In this document: positions 19,065-28,432 of the stretch, one piece after another
Position numbering within the stretch: the stretch's first letter is position 1
Layout: each line of letters opens with the position of its first letter
From: Abditibacterium sp.
GTDB lineage: Bacteria; Armatimonadota; Abditibacteriia; Abditibacteriales; Abditibacteriaceae
DNA: 64,000 nucleotides
Direction: 5' to 3'
Assembly (NCBI GenBank): GCA_965246885.1
Contig: OZ251992.1
Coordinates: 1,248,001-1,312,000 of the forward strand
Made by a program: the position numbers and the translations under genes
Notes under the pieces: model-generated
Told to the model about the DNA's origin: nothing
What the model saw: only the letters and a program-made list of their open reading frames with translations
Database searches by the model: none

Positions 19065-21332
19065 TCAATACACTGAGACAGCTAAGGCAACGTTCTTTCC
19101 AACGCCCTCGCACAGCAACTTCCCGGCTTGGGCGGCGGGTAGGGGCTTGGAAAACAAATATCCCTGCGCCCACTGGACGCCGAGCGCTTGCACTGTTTCC
19201 AGTTGCGCGTGCGTCTCGACCCCTTCGGCCACGATCTGCAATTCCAGCGCGCTTCCCAAACTGGTGATGGCGCGCACGAGGGTTTGATTCTTGTCCATGC
19301 GCGCGATAAACGAGCGGTCAATTTTGAGTGCATCGAGCGGGAACAGTTCCAGATACGCGAGGCTGGAATACCCCGTTCCAAAGTCGTCAATTGAAACGCC
19401 CGCGCCGGTGCTTTTAATAATTTCCAATTGCCGCGCCGCACCTTGTGCGTCGCTCATCAGCGCCGATTCGGTGATTTCCAACATCAGTTGCGTGGCGGGA
19501 AGCCCACTCTCGCCTAAAATGCGCGCGATCTGGGCCACCATATCCGTTAATTCTAACTGCCGCGCCGAAATGTTGACATGCACTGCGATAGGTTGCCCGA
19601 ACTCCTCGCTCCACGCGCGCGCCTGACTACACGCCACGCGGAGTACCCACTCGCCGATGGGCACGATCAAACCCGCTTCTTCGGCCACGCGGATGAACTC
19701 CATTGGCGACACCCAGCCGCGTGTTGGATGATGCCACCGGATGAGGGCCTCAAACGCGCCGATGCGCCCCGTCGCCAATTCCATAATCGGCTGATAGAAC
19801 AGTTCGAGTTCGCCTTTTTTGATGGCCGCCGACAAGTCCAACTCCAACTGCAACTCGTCCATCGCCGCGTGCGAAAGCGATTCCGAGAACAGTTGGTAAC
19901 GCGCTTTTCCGCCGTTTTTCGCGCGATACATCGCCACGTCCGCTTTGCGCAGGATGTCGTCTGGCGACTCTTGCGGGTCGCCCCCGATGACGATGCCCAC
20001 CGACGCCGTGACCGAAACGGCCCGCCCCGCCAAATGAAACGGCGCGCTCAGCGTATCGGCGATGCGTTGCGCGACAGTAGTCGCGTCGTCGGCGGAAGTC
20101 ACATCTTCGAGGAGCACCACGAACTCGTCGCCGCCAAAGCGCGCTGCGATGTCGCCCGGTCGCAACGACGCGCGCAAGCGCACCGCCACTTCCACCAGCA
20201 AGCGGTCGCCCGTCTCGTGGCCAAGCGAATCGTTCACCACCTTAAAGCGGTCGAGATCAAGAAACAAAACCGCCAACCGCCGCCGAGTGCGCGCCAAAGT
20301 TTTCAGGGCACGATTGAGACGCTCGCCAAACAACACGCGATTGGGCAGGCCCGTTACTGCATCGTAAAAAGCTTGGTGCGCCAGTTGGCGCTCGGTTTCC
20401 TTGCGGCTCGAAATATCCGCAAATGTCCAGACGCGCCCGATGGAACGCGCCGCGCCCTCCCCATCGGGCGCAGGCGTAACGGCTGGAGCCGAGAATCGCT
20501 CGAAAGTGCGCCCGTCCCGCAGCGCGATCTCGTCCTGCGCTTGGGCATCGGGTTGCTCGAAGAGCGCCGAGATGCGATGGAGAAACTCGTCGGGGTCAGC
20601 GAGTTGTTCCAAGACGAAGCTCATCACCGTACCCGCTTGGGAGTGGAGCGCCTCGGTTTCTTCGTCCAAGCCCCACAATTGCGCAAAGCGCCGGTTATAC
20701 GACAGCAGTTCGCCCGCGCTTGACACAAGGCAAATCCCTTCGGAACTGGCTTCTTGCACGGCGCGCAGGATGGCCAAATTCTCCGCGTGTTCGCGCGCCC
20801 GCTCGTCGCGCTCACGCAATAGCTCCGCGCCCTCGACAGCGCCGCCAATTAATTCTCCCACCAAACGCGCCAAACGCAACTCCGACTGCGTCCAGACGCG
20901 CGGAGAATCAGCGTCCAAGTGCAACACGCCTACCGTACGCTCGCCCACGCGCAGAGGCACGTTGATAAAAGCGCGGGGGCGCTCCCACGTGCTTTCTGCT
21001 TCTGACCACACTTGGCCGCTTTCAATCAGCGCCCACAACGGATGGTCAGGCGACTGCGCGCGCCCAATGGGATAAACAACGTGTTCGGGGCGGCTTCGGG
21101 CAACGGACTCAATCTTATCTCCACGCACAAGAGAGACAAACAGCGAGTCGAAGCGGATGAACGGCGCCAACTGCTCCACCAACACATCCACCACTTGCTG
21201 CGGCGACGAGCGCGCGCTCACGCGCCGCACGATGGCGTATATCGCTTCCCCTTCCGCCGCGTTTTGCGGCCACTCCTTGTCCTGCGCCGGGACAGCCGGA
21301 AGGATGGGCGAGGAAGCGAGCGGGGCGGGCAT
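19065..21332 (-). CDS. GAF-PAS-GGDEF-EAL diguanylate cyclase/phosphodiesterase
   Basis: YDAVTGLPNR, RPGD..RFGGDEF, FEALIRW and DDFGTGYSSL motifs. Confidence 0.92.
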   Translation of the reverse strand: MPAPLASSPILPAVPAQDKEWPQNAAEGEAIYAIVRRVSARSSPQQVVDVLVEQLAPFIRFDSLFVSLVRGDKIESVARSRPEHVVYPIGRAQSPDHPLWALIESGQVWSEAESTWERPRAFINVPLRVGERTVGVLHLDADSPRVWTQSELRLARLVGELIGGAVEGAELLRERDERAREHAENLAILRAVQEASSEGICLVSSAGELLSYNRRFAQLWGLDEETEALHSQAGTVMSFVLEQLADPDEFLHRISALFEQPDAQAQDEIALRDGRTFERFSAPAVTPAPDGEGAARSIGRVWTFADISSRKETERQLAHQAFYDAVTGLPNRVLFGERLNRALKTLARTRRRLAVLFLDLDRFKVVNDSLGHETGDRLLVEVAVRLRASLRPGDIAARFGGDEFVVLLEDVTSADDATTVAQRIADTLSAPFHLAGRAVSVTASVGIVIGGDPQESPDDILRKADVAMYRAKNGGKARYQLFSESLSHAAMDELQLELDLSAAIKKGELELFYQPIMELATGRIGAFEALIRWHHPTRGWVSPMEFIRVAEEAGLIVPIGEWVLRVACSQARAWSEEFGQPIAVHVNISARQLELTDMVAQIARILGESGLPATQLMLEITESALMSDAQGAARQLEIIKSTGAGVSIDDFGTGYSSLAYLELFPLDALKIDRSFIARMDKNQTLVRAITSLGSALELQIVAEGVETHAQLETVQALGVQWAQGYLFSKPLPAAQAGKLLCEGVGKNVALAVSVY

Positions 21333-21458
21333 GAAAGAAGGGAAGGGCTGAGGTGCTCATTGCGATGTGAGCCTAAGTGGGAGACGTTCAGAGCGGCGAC
21401 GTAGTTCGCACGCTCTGGCAATGGTTGTGCCTTTGGCGCGAGAGAGGGTGTTGTTAAC

Positions 21459-21489
21459 AAAAAACCCGCCCCAAATTTGGGGCGGGTTC
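21459..21489 (-). terminator. Intrinsic terminator after htrA
   Basis: AACCCGCCCCAAATTTGGGGCGGGTT with a U-run on the minus strand. Confidence 0.7.
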
Positions 21490-21504
21490 GTGTTTGGTTT
21501 TCCT

Positions 21505-23208
21505 TTAACCAATCGAAACGACGACGAACGAGCGGTCGCCGCCCCGGTTGATATACAACGCGACCTTTTTGTCTCCGGTCTGACGTCCGAGCAGTTGCTT
21601 GACCTGCGCGTCCATTTCACCGACGGACGAAACAGGGGTTTGCGCGACTTGCTCGATGACGTCGCCGATCTTGAGGCCCGCGTCGTCGGCAGGAGAGCCG
21701 TCGGCAACCGCCGTAACAACCACGCCCTTAGCTGCCTTGATGCCCAACTGCTTCGCCACTTCCGCCGACAGGTTCTTGGTCTTAAGGCCGGGAATGGCGC
21801 TCGCAACGCCGTTGGTGGCGCCGGGAGCACCGCCGTTCGAGGAGTCATCGCTCAGCTTGGGCGTTGCCACGTCTTTGAGTTCCTCAGTGACGGCTTTGAG
21901 TTGCACAGTTTGGCCACCGCGCACCACATCGAGGGTGATGGTCGAGCCGATGGCCGCGTTTCCGACGCGGCGCTGCAAGTCGCTCGACTTAGTGACCGCT
22001 TCGCCGTTGAACTTAACGATGACATCGCCGGGACGAAGCCCTGCCTTGGCACCCGGCCCATTGGGAGCGGAGATGGATTCGATAAGCACGCCCTTCAAGG
22101 AGGGGTCGAGACCATAAGCGGCGGCGACGTCCTCGACGTTCTTGATGGACACGCCCAGATAGCCCCGGCGCACGCGGCCACTGCTGGCGATCTGGTCGGC
22201 CACGAAGCGCGCGGTATTGATGGGGATGGCGAAGCCGATGCCTTGGTTGCCGCCGGACTCAGAATAGATGGCGTTGTTGACGCCAATGACGCGCCCGTAG
22301 ATGTCAAGGAGCGGGCCACCGGAGTTGCCGGGGTTAATCGAAGCGTCGGTTTGCAAGTAGTCGGTGCGGGTGTCTTGGCCGATGGCGAGGTTGAGTTCGC
22401 GGGCGCGGGCCGAAATGACGCCCACCGTCAGGGTGTGGTCAAGGCCGAAGGGATTGCCAACAGCGATGGCCCAGTCGCCCACTTTGGTGGAGTCCGAGTC
22501 GCCCAACTTGACGGTCGGGAAGCCGGTGCCGGGGATTTTGACGACGGCGATGTCGGTGCGCTCGTCGCGGCCCAACACCTGCGCTTTGGGAAACTTGCGG
22601 CCATCGGACAGGGTGACGGAAACGGTTTTGGCCTTTTGCACAACGTGCGCGTTGGTTAGAATAAGGCCGTCTTGCCGGTAGATCATGCCAGACCCCAAGC
22701 CGCCGCCGCGCTCTTGCACGTCGCGGAAGGCGACCAAGGCGCGTTGCTTGAGGATGCGGCCCCCAACGGAGTCGGGGTGATACGACTGGCCTTGCAAGCC
22801 GAAGTCGCGCTGGAACTTTTTGAAGAACTGCTGGAAGTCGGAGTTCGGGTCGGTGCCGGGGGCGCTTTGGTCGCCACCGCCTTCGGGGGCTTGGTTGCCA
22901 AAGGGCGACGGGAAGCGGTGGGGCAGCGCCCCCGAAGTCTTCGTCGGACGTGCACCCTCGGTGACGATGGTGACGACGGCGTCTTTGGCCGCCGCCGCAA
23001 CGTTGACGAAAGCGGTTTGAGTGGCGGCGGCATCCTTGGCAGGAGCCACGTCAACGACCGGCGCGGTCTGAACAGGCGGAGTCGAAGCGCCGCCGCCTTG
23101 AGCGTTGACGCGCACGTTATGAAGGGAGTAACCGGCGCCCAAGGCGACGAGGATCGCGCCCGCTTGGATGACGCGGCGCGCACGGACGGTTTTCGATGGA
23201 GTGGCCAT
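21505..23208 (-). CDS. htrA: HtrA/Do/DegQ-family serine endoprotease with two PDZ domains
   Basis: Catalytic triad in TNAHVV, TDIAV and INPGNSGGPL. Two PDZ domains (GLRPGDVI, GLKIGDVI). Confidence 0.93.
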   Translation of the reverse strand: MATPSKTVRARRVIQAGAILVALGAGYSLHNVRVNAQGGGASTPPVQTAPVVDVAPAKDAAATQTAFVNVAAAAKDAVVTIVTEGARPTKTSGALPHRFPSPFGNQAPEGGGDQSAPGTDPNSDFQQFFKKFQRDFGLQGQSYHPDSVGGRILKQRALVAFRDVQERGGGLGSGMIYRQDGLILTNAHVVQKAKTVSVTLSDGRKFPKAQVLGRDERTDIAVVKIPGTGFPTVKLGDSDSTKVGDWAIAVGNPFGLDHTLTVGVISARARELNLAIGQDTRTDYLQTDASINPGNSGGPLLDIYGRVIGVNNAIYSESGGNQGIGFAIPINTARFVADQIASSGRVRRGYLGVSIKNVEDVAAAYGLDPSLKGVLIESISAPNGPGAKAGLRPGDVIVKFNGEAVTKSSDLQRRVGNAAIGSTITLDVVRGGQTVQLKAVTEELKDVATPKLSDDSSNGGAPGATNGVASAIPGLKTKNLSAEVAKQLGIKAAKGVVVTAVADGSPADDAGLKIGDVIEQVAQTPVSSVGEMDAQVKQLLGRQTGDKKVALYINRGGDRSFVVVSIG

Positions 23209-23610
23209 AGTGGTTGAGAACGAACTGGAAATTTCGCGTTGCGAGTGAGAAACTCACTCGCAATTCGCTCGCCGCACTTGGGTTGGGGAGGGCAAAACGA
23301 GCCGCTCATTTCGAGAGGTGAAGGTTCTGACGCCACGTCGTTTCGTGGGGTTTCCCCGCGCTTCGCCCGCAAAGTCGCCAAGGCGCAAGAGGTGTGAATT
23401 TGTGTTACCGCCGCCGGAACCGGGCGCAACCAAGGGAGCCGAAGAGGAAGCAGAGCAGGGAGTTGAAGCGGGCGCACAGGTTCCTTTGCGACTTCCCAGA
23501 ACACCGTCTCCCTCTTGTCTTTTCCTGCCGCGTTTCTTTGAACCGGGGGCGCGGGCGAGCGTTGAACACAGTGGCGCTCGCGCCACCGTTTCGACAACCT
23601 CTAAACCACC

Positions 23611-24057
23611 ATGTTGCGCTACATCCTCACCCATCTGGGCCACCGTGTCTTGAAAGAAACTGGCGCTTCGCGCGCCCTTGACTGGAAGTTGGGCTTGCGC
23701 TTGTTCCGCGATGGGCGCGTGCCTGCTTCGACCAAAGCCCTCGCCGTCGGTTTGGGTGTCGCGGCTCTGGCCGTGCTGCAAGTGATGGAACTGCCCATCG
23801 AAAGCGCCCTCGCGCTTCTTGTGCCGGTTCTTGGCTTCGCGGGCGACATCGCCATTGAGGGCGTCGAGATTTTGGCCGTGCCGTTCTTCGCCGCGACCTT
23901 GCTGCTGCCCTTCTTGGCGCCGCGCGAAGTCGTCGAACTGGCGCGCGGCGAAGCCGACGGCATGCCCCAAACCGCTCCCATTCCCGATGCCGCCCCGCCC
24001 CGCAAGGGTTTCTTCGGTGGGCGCATTTACGACGCTTCGGGCGCCGTCATCCGCTAA
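23611..24057 (+). CDS. Small membrane protein, YkvA/DUF1232-like
   Basis: LFRDGRVPASTKAL followed by hydrophobic segments. Confidence 0.55.
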   Translation: MLRYILTHLGHRVLKETGASRALDWKLGLRLFRDGRVPASTKALAVGLGVAALAVLQVMELPIESALALLVPVLGFAGDIAIEGVEILAVPFFAATLLLPFLAPREVVELARGEADGMPQTAPIPDAAPPRKGFFGGRIYDASGAVIR

Positions 24058-24080
24058 AACCAAACCGTAACCGATATATG

Positions 24081-24113
24081 GAAGCGCCGCGACGAATGTC
24101 GCGGCGCTTCTTT
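24081..24113 (+). terminator. Intrinsic terminator
   Basis: GAAGCGCCGCGAC-GAAT-GTCGCGGCGCTTC-TTT. Confidence 0.7.
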
Positions 24114-24245
24114 GCGCTTGCGGCCTTGGGAATAATTTCTGAGTTGGCTTTATAAAGCCACACTGCGCCCGAAAAACCTCCGCAGAAACGCAACTTGCGC
24201 CCGCCTAAAACGTCCAATTTAACTGTTCATTTAAGCGAGTGAAAT

Positions 24246-25262
24246 ATGACGATGCAAAAGAGATTGATGTTTGAAAATGGGGCGGGGGCGCTGGCGGGGT
24301 TGGAAGTGACGCGGCGCGACTTTGCGCTTGCGGCGCGCTTGGATATTGCGCCGGGGCAACGGTTGGGCGCGGTGTGGAACGACCCATGCGGGGTGCGCGC
24401 GTTTTCCGGGTTTCGCTGGGGCATTGCGCCCGCAGTGTGGGCGCCCGAACTTCATGCGGGGCACCTGTTGTTTTCGGCGCGGGCCGAGACTTTGGCGGAC
24501 AAAGCGGCCTTTGCTCAGTCGCTGCGCTTCCGGCGCGCTTTGGTTCCCGTTGATGGCTTTTGGATGTGGAGCCGCCCGCGCGCGGGGTCGGGCGAGGAAC
24601 CGCGTCCGTTTTTGCTGCGCGCGCGCGACGGGGCGCCGCTTCATCTAGCGGCGTTGTGGGAGCAGGACGAGGCGGGCGAGCGGCGTTTGGCGCTTGTGTC
24701 GGTCGAGGCGAACCGCTTGACCGAGCCGTTTAGCCCGCGCATGCCCGCGCCACTTCGCGCCTCCGACGCGGCGTTGTGGTTGGAGCGCGGCGTGGTGGAA
24801 CCCAAGGCGCTGCTTCGTGCGCTACGCACTCCGATGGCGCGCGAACTGCTGGTGACGGCGACCGACGGGGCCGCGACGGGGCTGCGCTCCATCGAGCCTG
24901 CCGCCGATGAGCGAGATGCCCTCGCTCTTGTGTATGGTGCTAACTTTCGCGCCGACAAGCCCAAGTTTTCGCCCCGGCGTCGCTTGGTGCTCCGCGAGCA
25001 GGAGATAGGCGGGCACGTCTTTTTCAAGACGCGCTCCTTCACGCGAGACGACGCGACGCGCTGGCACCCGATTGTGGATGTCGAGGCGGGCCACGTTTTT
25101 TGCGATTGCCCCGACTTCCGCTACCGGCACGAGCACCACGAGCCGGACATTTGGACGCCGCAGTGGTGGTGCAAGCACGTGCGCCGCGCGGTCGAGAACC
25201 TGCGGCGGCACGGGCAACTTCCGGCCCGCCCGACGCCCGCGCCCGAACTGCTGGCCGCCTAA
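24246..25262 (+). CDS. Degenerate SRAP (YedK/HMCES-like) domain fused to a C-terminal SWIM zinc finger
   Basis: DIAPGQ, RWG, SARAETL, RRALVPVDGFWMW, LAALWE and RMP match the SRAP layout. CDCPDF...WCKH matches SWIM CxC..CxH. Confidence 0.75.
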   Translation: MTMQKRLMFENGAGALAGLEVTRRDFALAARLDIAPGQRLGAVWNDPCGVRAFSGFRWGIAPAVWAPELHAGHLLFSARAETLADKAAFAQSLRFRRALVPVDGFWMWSRPRAGSGEEPRPFLLRARDGAPLHLAALWEQDEAGERRLALVSVEANRLTEPFSPRMPAPLRASDAALWLERGVVEPKALLRALRTPMARELLVTATDGAATGLRSIEPAADERDALALVYGANFRADKPKFSPRRRLVLREQEIGGHVFFKTRSFTRDDATRWHPIVDVEAGHVFCDCPDFRYRHEHHEPDIWTPQWWCKHVRRAVENLRRHGQLPARPTPAPELLAA

Positions 25263-25354
25263 CTTCCAGCCCCGACGCCCCCCGGCGTCGGGGCGTCTTG
25301 TTCAAAGAGAAAGTTGTGTACTTTTTCAACTCGCCCACCTCTGTCGCCACGTCG

Positions 25355-25480
25355 CCGGGCCGCGCGAGGGAAAGAATTGGGTGCGCCGTGCGTCCGCCGG
25401 GCCGCGCGAGGGGAAGAATTAGGTGCGCCGTGCATCCGCCGGGGTGCGCGAGGGAAAGAATTGCGTGCGCCACCGCGAGA
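25355..25480. repeat. 42-bp tandem repeat (3 copies) with 21-nt sub-period
   Basis: CCGGGCCGCGCGAGGGAAAGAATTGGGTGCGCCGTGCGTCCG units at 25355, 25397 and 25439 (third copy diverges at its 3' end). Confidence 0.85.
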
Positions 25481-25602
25481 ACAATGCGGGCCGTCCGAAG
25501 AATTAGCTTGCTGACGGCGGAATTAACCGCGTCGCCGATTCCCATAGGCTAGTGAAGGGGTTTCAGACGACGGCGCACGGGTGCGCGAGGCAAACTGAAG
25601 AA

Positions 25603-26052
25603 GTGCCTTCCTCTCCGTCGCTGTCCGAGAAGATTGCGCGTAGCCCCCTGCGGTTCGGCCTCATCTTCGGCTTTCTGGGAGTGCCGCTCTTGTGGATGGC
25701 GGGTGACTCGCTTGTCCGTGTTGCGCAAGGGCAAGCGCCGCTTCCCGCCGAAGCGTTTTGGGGCTATGAGGCGAGTGGGGCGCTGGTGGGAGCGCTTTTG
25801 GGCGGCAACATCGCGCGCATCTGGGCGCACTGGCGCGCGAAGCGGTTGGCAGAGGCGCGGGCGACGGCGCTGCTTTGCGGTGGGGTGGGAGTCGCTTTTT
25901 ATGCGGCAACTGCTGGTTTACAAGCGGGCATGGCGCCGGATTTTTGGGCGGAATGGCTCCGGCAGATGGTGATGTTGGTGGTATCGCGCCACCTACCGTT
26001 TCTGCTGTGCGCGTTACTACTGTTCGGTGGCTTGCTGGCGCCGCGCCGTTGA
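25603..26052 (+). CDS. Hypothetical membrane protein (about 4 TM)
   Basis: Hydrophobic helices. GTG at 25603 is in frame with ORF 25552 and has CAAACT 6 nt upstream. Confidence 0.55.
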   Translation: MPSSPSLSEKIARSPLRFGLIFGFLGVPLLWMAGDSLVRVAQGQAPLPAEAFWGYEASGALVGALLGGNIARIWAHWRAKRLAEARATALLCGGVGVAFYAATAGLQAGMAPDFWAEWLRQMVMLVVSRHLPFLLCALLLFGGLLAPRR

Positions 26053-26733
26053 TTGGGATTGTGGGCGCCTCCTCACTGTGATGGCAGGCGCGGCCAGTAT
26101 GCCTTGGCGCACTAATTCCGCGCGCACGGGCGCAAAGGTGCGGCGGTGAACGGGGCACGGGCCAAGCTCCCGCAGTGCCGCGTAGTGTTCGCGCGTGGGA
26201 TACCCTTTGTGCCGCGCGAAACCGTAGCCGGGGAACTGCGCGTCTACGTCGTTCATCAAGGCATCTCGCGCGACCTTAGCGACAATTGAAGCGGCGGCGA
26301 TGGAAACGGAGCGCGTGTCCCCCTTCACAAGCGCCTCGAAGCGCCAAGGCCATGCCATGTCGCGCACCGCGAGGCCGTCCACAAGGGCAAAGTCGAAGGC
26401 GCCATACCGCGCTTCCAAATCGGCGAGCGCACGTCGCATCGCTTCCCACGACGCGCGGCGGATGTTCATCTCGTCTATCTCGGTGTGCGACACCAGCCCT
26501 AACCCCCACTGCGCCCCGGACTTGATTTCCTCGCACAGCCGCTCCCGCTCCTTGGGAGACAATTGCTTGGAGTCGTTCAGTTGCCCAAAAAACCGCCGCG
26601 CAAAATCGCGGGAAAGCACCGCCGCGCCCGCCACCACCGGCCCCGCGAGCGGCCCGCGCCCCGCTTCGTCGGCGCCCGCCACCCGTTTCAGGCCCACCTT
26701 GTGCAGTTCCGTTTCGCGATCGAAAGTCGGCAT
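26017..26733 (-). CDS. rnhB: Ribonuclease HII
   Basis: GADEAGRGPLAGPV, LNDSKQL, SIAAASIVAKV and HKGYPT motifs. Confidence 0.95.
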   Translation of the reverse strand: MPTFDRETELHKVGLKRVAGADEAGRGPLAGPVVAGAAVLSRDFARRFFGQLNDSKQLSPKERERLCEEIKSGAQWGLGLVSHTEIDEMNIRRASWEAMRRALADLEARYGAFDFALVDGLAVRDMAWPWRFEALVKGDTRSVSIAAASIVAKVARDALMNDVDAQFPGYGFARHKGYPTREHYAALRELGPCPVHRRTFAPVRAELVRQGILAAPAITVRRRPQSQSTARRQQATEQ

Positions 26734-26771
26734 AATGCAAAGCTGAAACGCGGGGGACTGGGGCATAACTT

Positions 26772-27035
26772 CTACCGCGCGCCGACTTCTTCGCGGGTTT
26801 CGGCTTCGACCAGACGGCGCAAGCGGTCGTCCTCGCCCTCGTCGTGATACCAGTCTTCGTGCAGCGACATCGCGTCGCAACGAAGGCACTGCGTTTCTTT
26901 CCACTGCTTTAGGCACTTAGGACACTGGCCGCGCGTGTCGAAGGTGTGCCACTGGTGCTGACAGCCGGGCCAGCACTCCCACTGGTCGAAGGGGCGCGGT
27001 TTCCACGCGCATTTGGGGCAGAAGATGCGCGCCAT
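26772..27035 (-). CDS. Small Cys-rich zinc-binding protein (four CxxC-like pairs)
   Basis: MARIFCPKC..ECWPGC..WHTFDTRGQCPKC..QCLRC. ATG overlaps the lepB stop (TGATG). Confidence 0.75.
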   Translation of the reverse strand: MARIFCPKCAWKPRPFDQWECWPGCQHQWHTFDTRGQCPKCLKQWKETQCLRCDAMSLHEDWYHDEGEDDRLRRLVEAETREEVGAR

Positions 27036-27928
27036 CAGCGTTCGTCGCCGCCGTGTTGGTTGAAGCTCATGTGATCTACAAGACCCAGACGGGTGGGGGG
27101 CCAAAAGACGCAGATGGCTTTGCCGACGATGTTGGCGCGTGGCGCAAAACCCCACATGTGGCCGTCGTTGGAGTTCGAGCGGTGGTCGCCCAAGAAGAGA
27201 TAGTATCCGGCGGGGATGGCGCCCGGTTTGGCGCGGGAGATGTTTTCTTGGTCTTGCGGGCTGGTCGGGTTGATGACGCCGTTTTGCGCCCACTCGCCCG
27301 GCTTGCCGAGGGAATCGTATTCGCGCGAGTAGACAGCGCCGCCCACGATTTTCATGTCGTAGGAATAGCCCGCGACGCCGACGAAGCCGGGAACGTGTTC
27401 GTCGGGCGCCGTCCCGTTGGTCACGGACGGGGACAGGTCGTTCCACTTCGTGTACGGTTCGGGAATCTTGACGCCGTTGCGATATACCTGCCGGTTGCGG
27501 ACTTCGATGACATCGCCGGGCGTGCCCATGCAGCGCTTGATGAAATCCACGTCTTCGTTGGGGTCGGGGTTGTTAATCAGCGCGGCTTTGGGCGCCTTGA
27601 AGACGATGACGTCCTGAAAAGCGGGGGCTTTGAGGCGGTAAACGAGCTTGGAAACGAGCAGGCGGTCGGAGATGCGCAGCGTGTCTTCCATCGAGCCGGA
27701 CGGAATAAAGAACGCTTGCAGGATGAACGGCTGGATGACGAACAGGACGAGGCCGATGGCGATGGCGGCGGAGTCAATGGTCTCGACGAGCCACTTGGAG
27801 GTGTCGGCGCCCTCGGCGCTGGCCTCTTTGGGGCCAAGGAGCCGGATGAGTTCGCGCACCCCGATAAGCGCCGCGACGACGGCGAACTTCCAAGGCCACG
27901 AGTCCATGTTAAACGAGCCGATTTGCAT
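27035..27928 (-). CDS. lepB: Signal peptidase I
   Basis: FFIPSGSMEDTL (Ser), DFIKRC (Lys), LGDHRSNSNDG motifs. Start uncertain (27928 or 27907). Confidence 0.93.
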   Translation of the reverse strand: MQIGSFNMDSWPWKFAVVAALIGVRELIRLLGPKEASAEGADTSKWLVETIDSAAIAIGLVLFVIQPFILQAFFIPSGSMEDTLRISDRLLVSKLVYRLKAPAFQDVIVFKAPKAALINNPDPNEDVDFIKRCMGTPGDVIEVRNRQVYRNGVKIPEPYTKWNDLSPSVTNGTAPDEHVPGFVGVAGYSYDMKIVGGAVYSREYDSLGKPGEWAQNGVINPTSPQDQENISRAKPGAIPAGYYLFLGDHRSNSNDGHMWGFAPRANIVGKAICVFWPPTRLGLVDHMSFNQHGGDER

Positions 27929-27992
27929 AATAGAACGGGGAGAGTTTGACCGCACGCGCCGGTGACGGGTGGCGCGGAGTGTGGAGGCGCGT

Positions 27993-28023
27993 AAACAAAA
28001 GCCGCCCGAAGTTCGGGCGGCTT
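27993..28023 (-). terminator. Intrinsic terminator after rplS
   Basis: AAGCCGCCCGAAGTTCGGGCGGCTT with a UUUUGUUU tail on the minus strand. Confidence 0.7.
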
Positions 28024-28033
28024 GGCATGAGCG

Positions 28034-28432
28034 TTACTCGGCGGCAACGGGCGCTTTGGGCGCGCCTTTGACGGGGCGGACGGTCGCTTTTTCCTTGATG
28101 CGGATGGCTTTGGAGCCGACGCGGTCGCGCAGGTAATACAGCTTGGCGCGGCGCACGCTGCCTTGGCGACGCACTTCGATGGCGTCCACGCGCGGCGAGT
28201 GGAGCGGAAAGGTGCGCTCGACGCCCACGCCCGACGCGATGCGGCGCACGGTGAAGGTCTCGCTCGTGCCCACGCCGTCGCGCGCGATGCAGGTGCCCTC
28301 GAACGCTTGGACGCGCTCGCGGTTGCCTTCGACAACTTTGACCGACACGCGCAGCGTGTCGCCCGGCCCGAAGTCGGGCGTCTTCTCTTTTAAGTGCTTC
28401 GCTTCAATCGAGCGAATTAAATCCTGATTCAT
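28034..28432 (-). CDS. rplS: 50S ribosomal protein L19
   Basis: [28 protein letters not shown] and [10 protein letters not shown] motifs. Confidence 0.97.
   Translation of the reverse strand: MNQDLIRSIEAKHLKEKTPDFGPGDTLRVSVKVVEGNRERVQAFEGTCIARDGVGTSETFTVRRIASGVGVERTFPLHSPRVDAIEVRRQGSVRRAKLYYLRDRVGSKAIRIKEKATVRPVKGAPKAPVAAE

Noticed and set aside
24200..24245. SOS/LexA box upstream of SRAP-SWIM
   Set aside because: AT-rich, but no match to CTGT-N8-ACAG or GAAC-N4-GTTC. The lineage-specific box is unknown to me.
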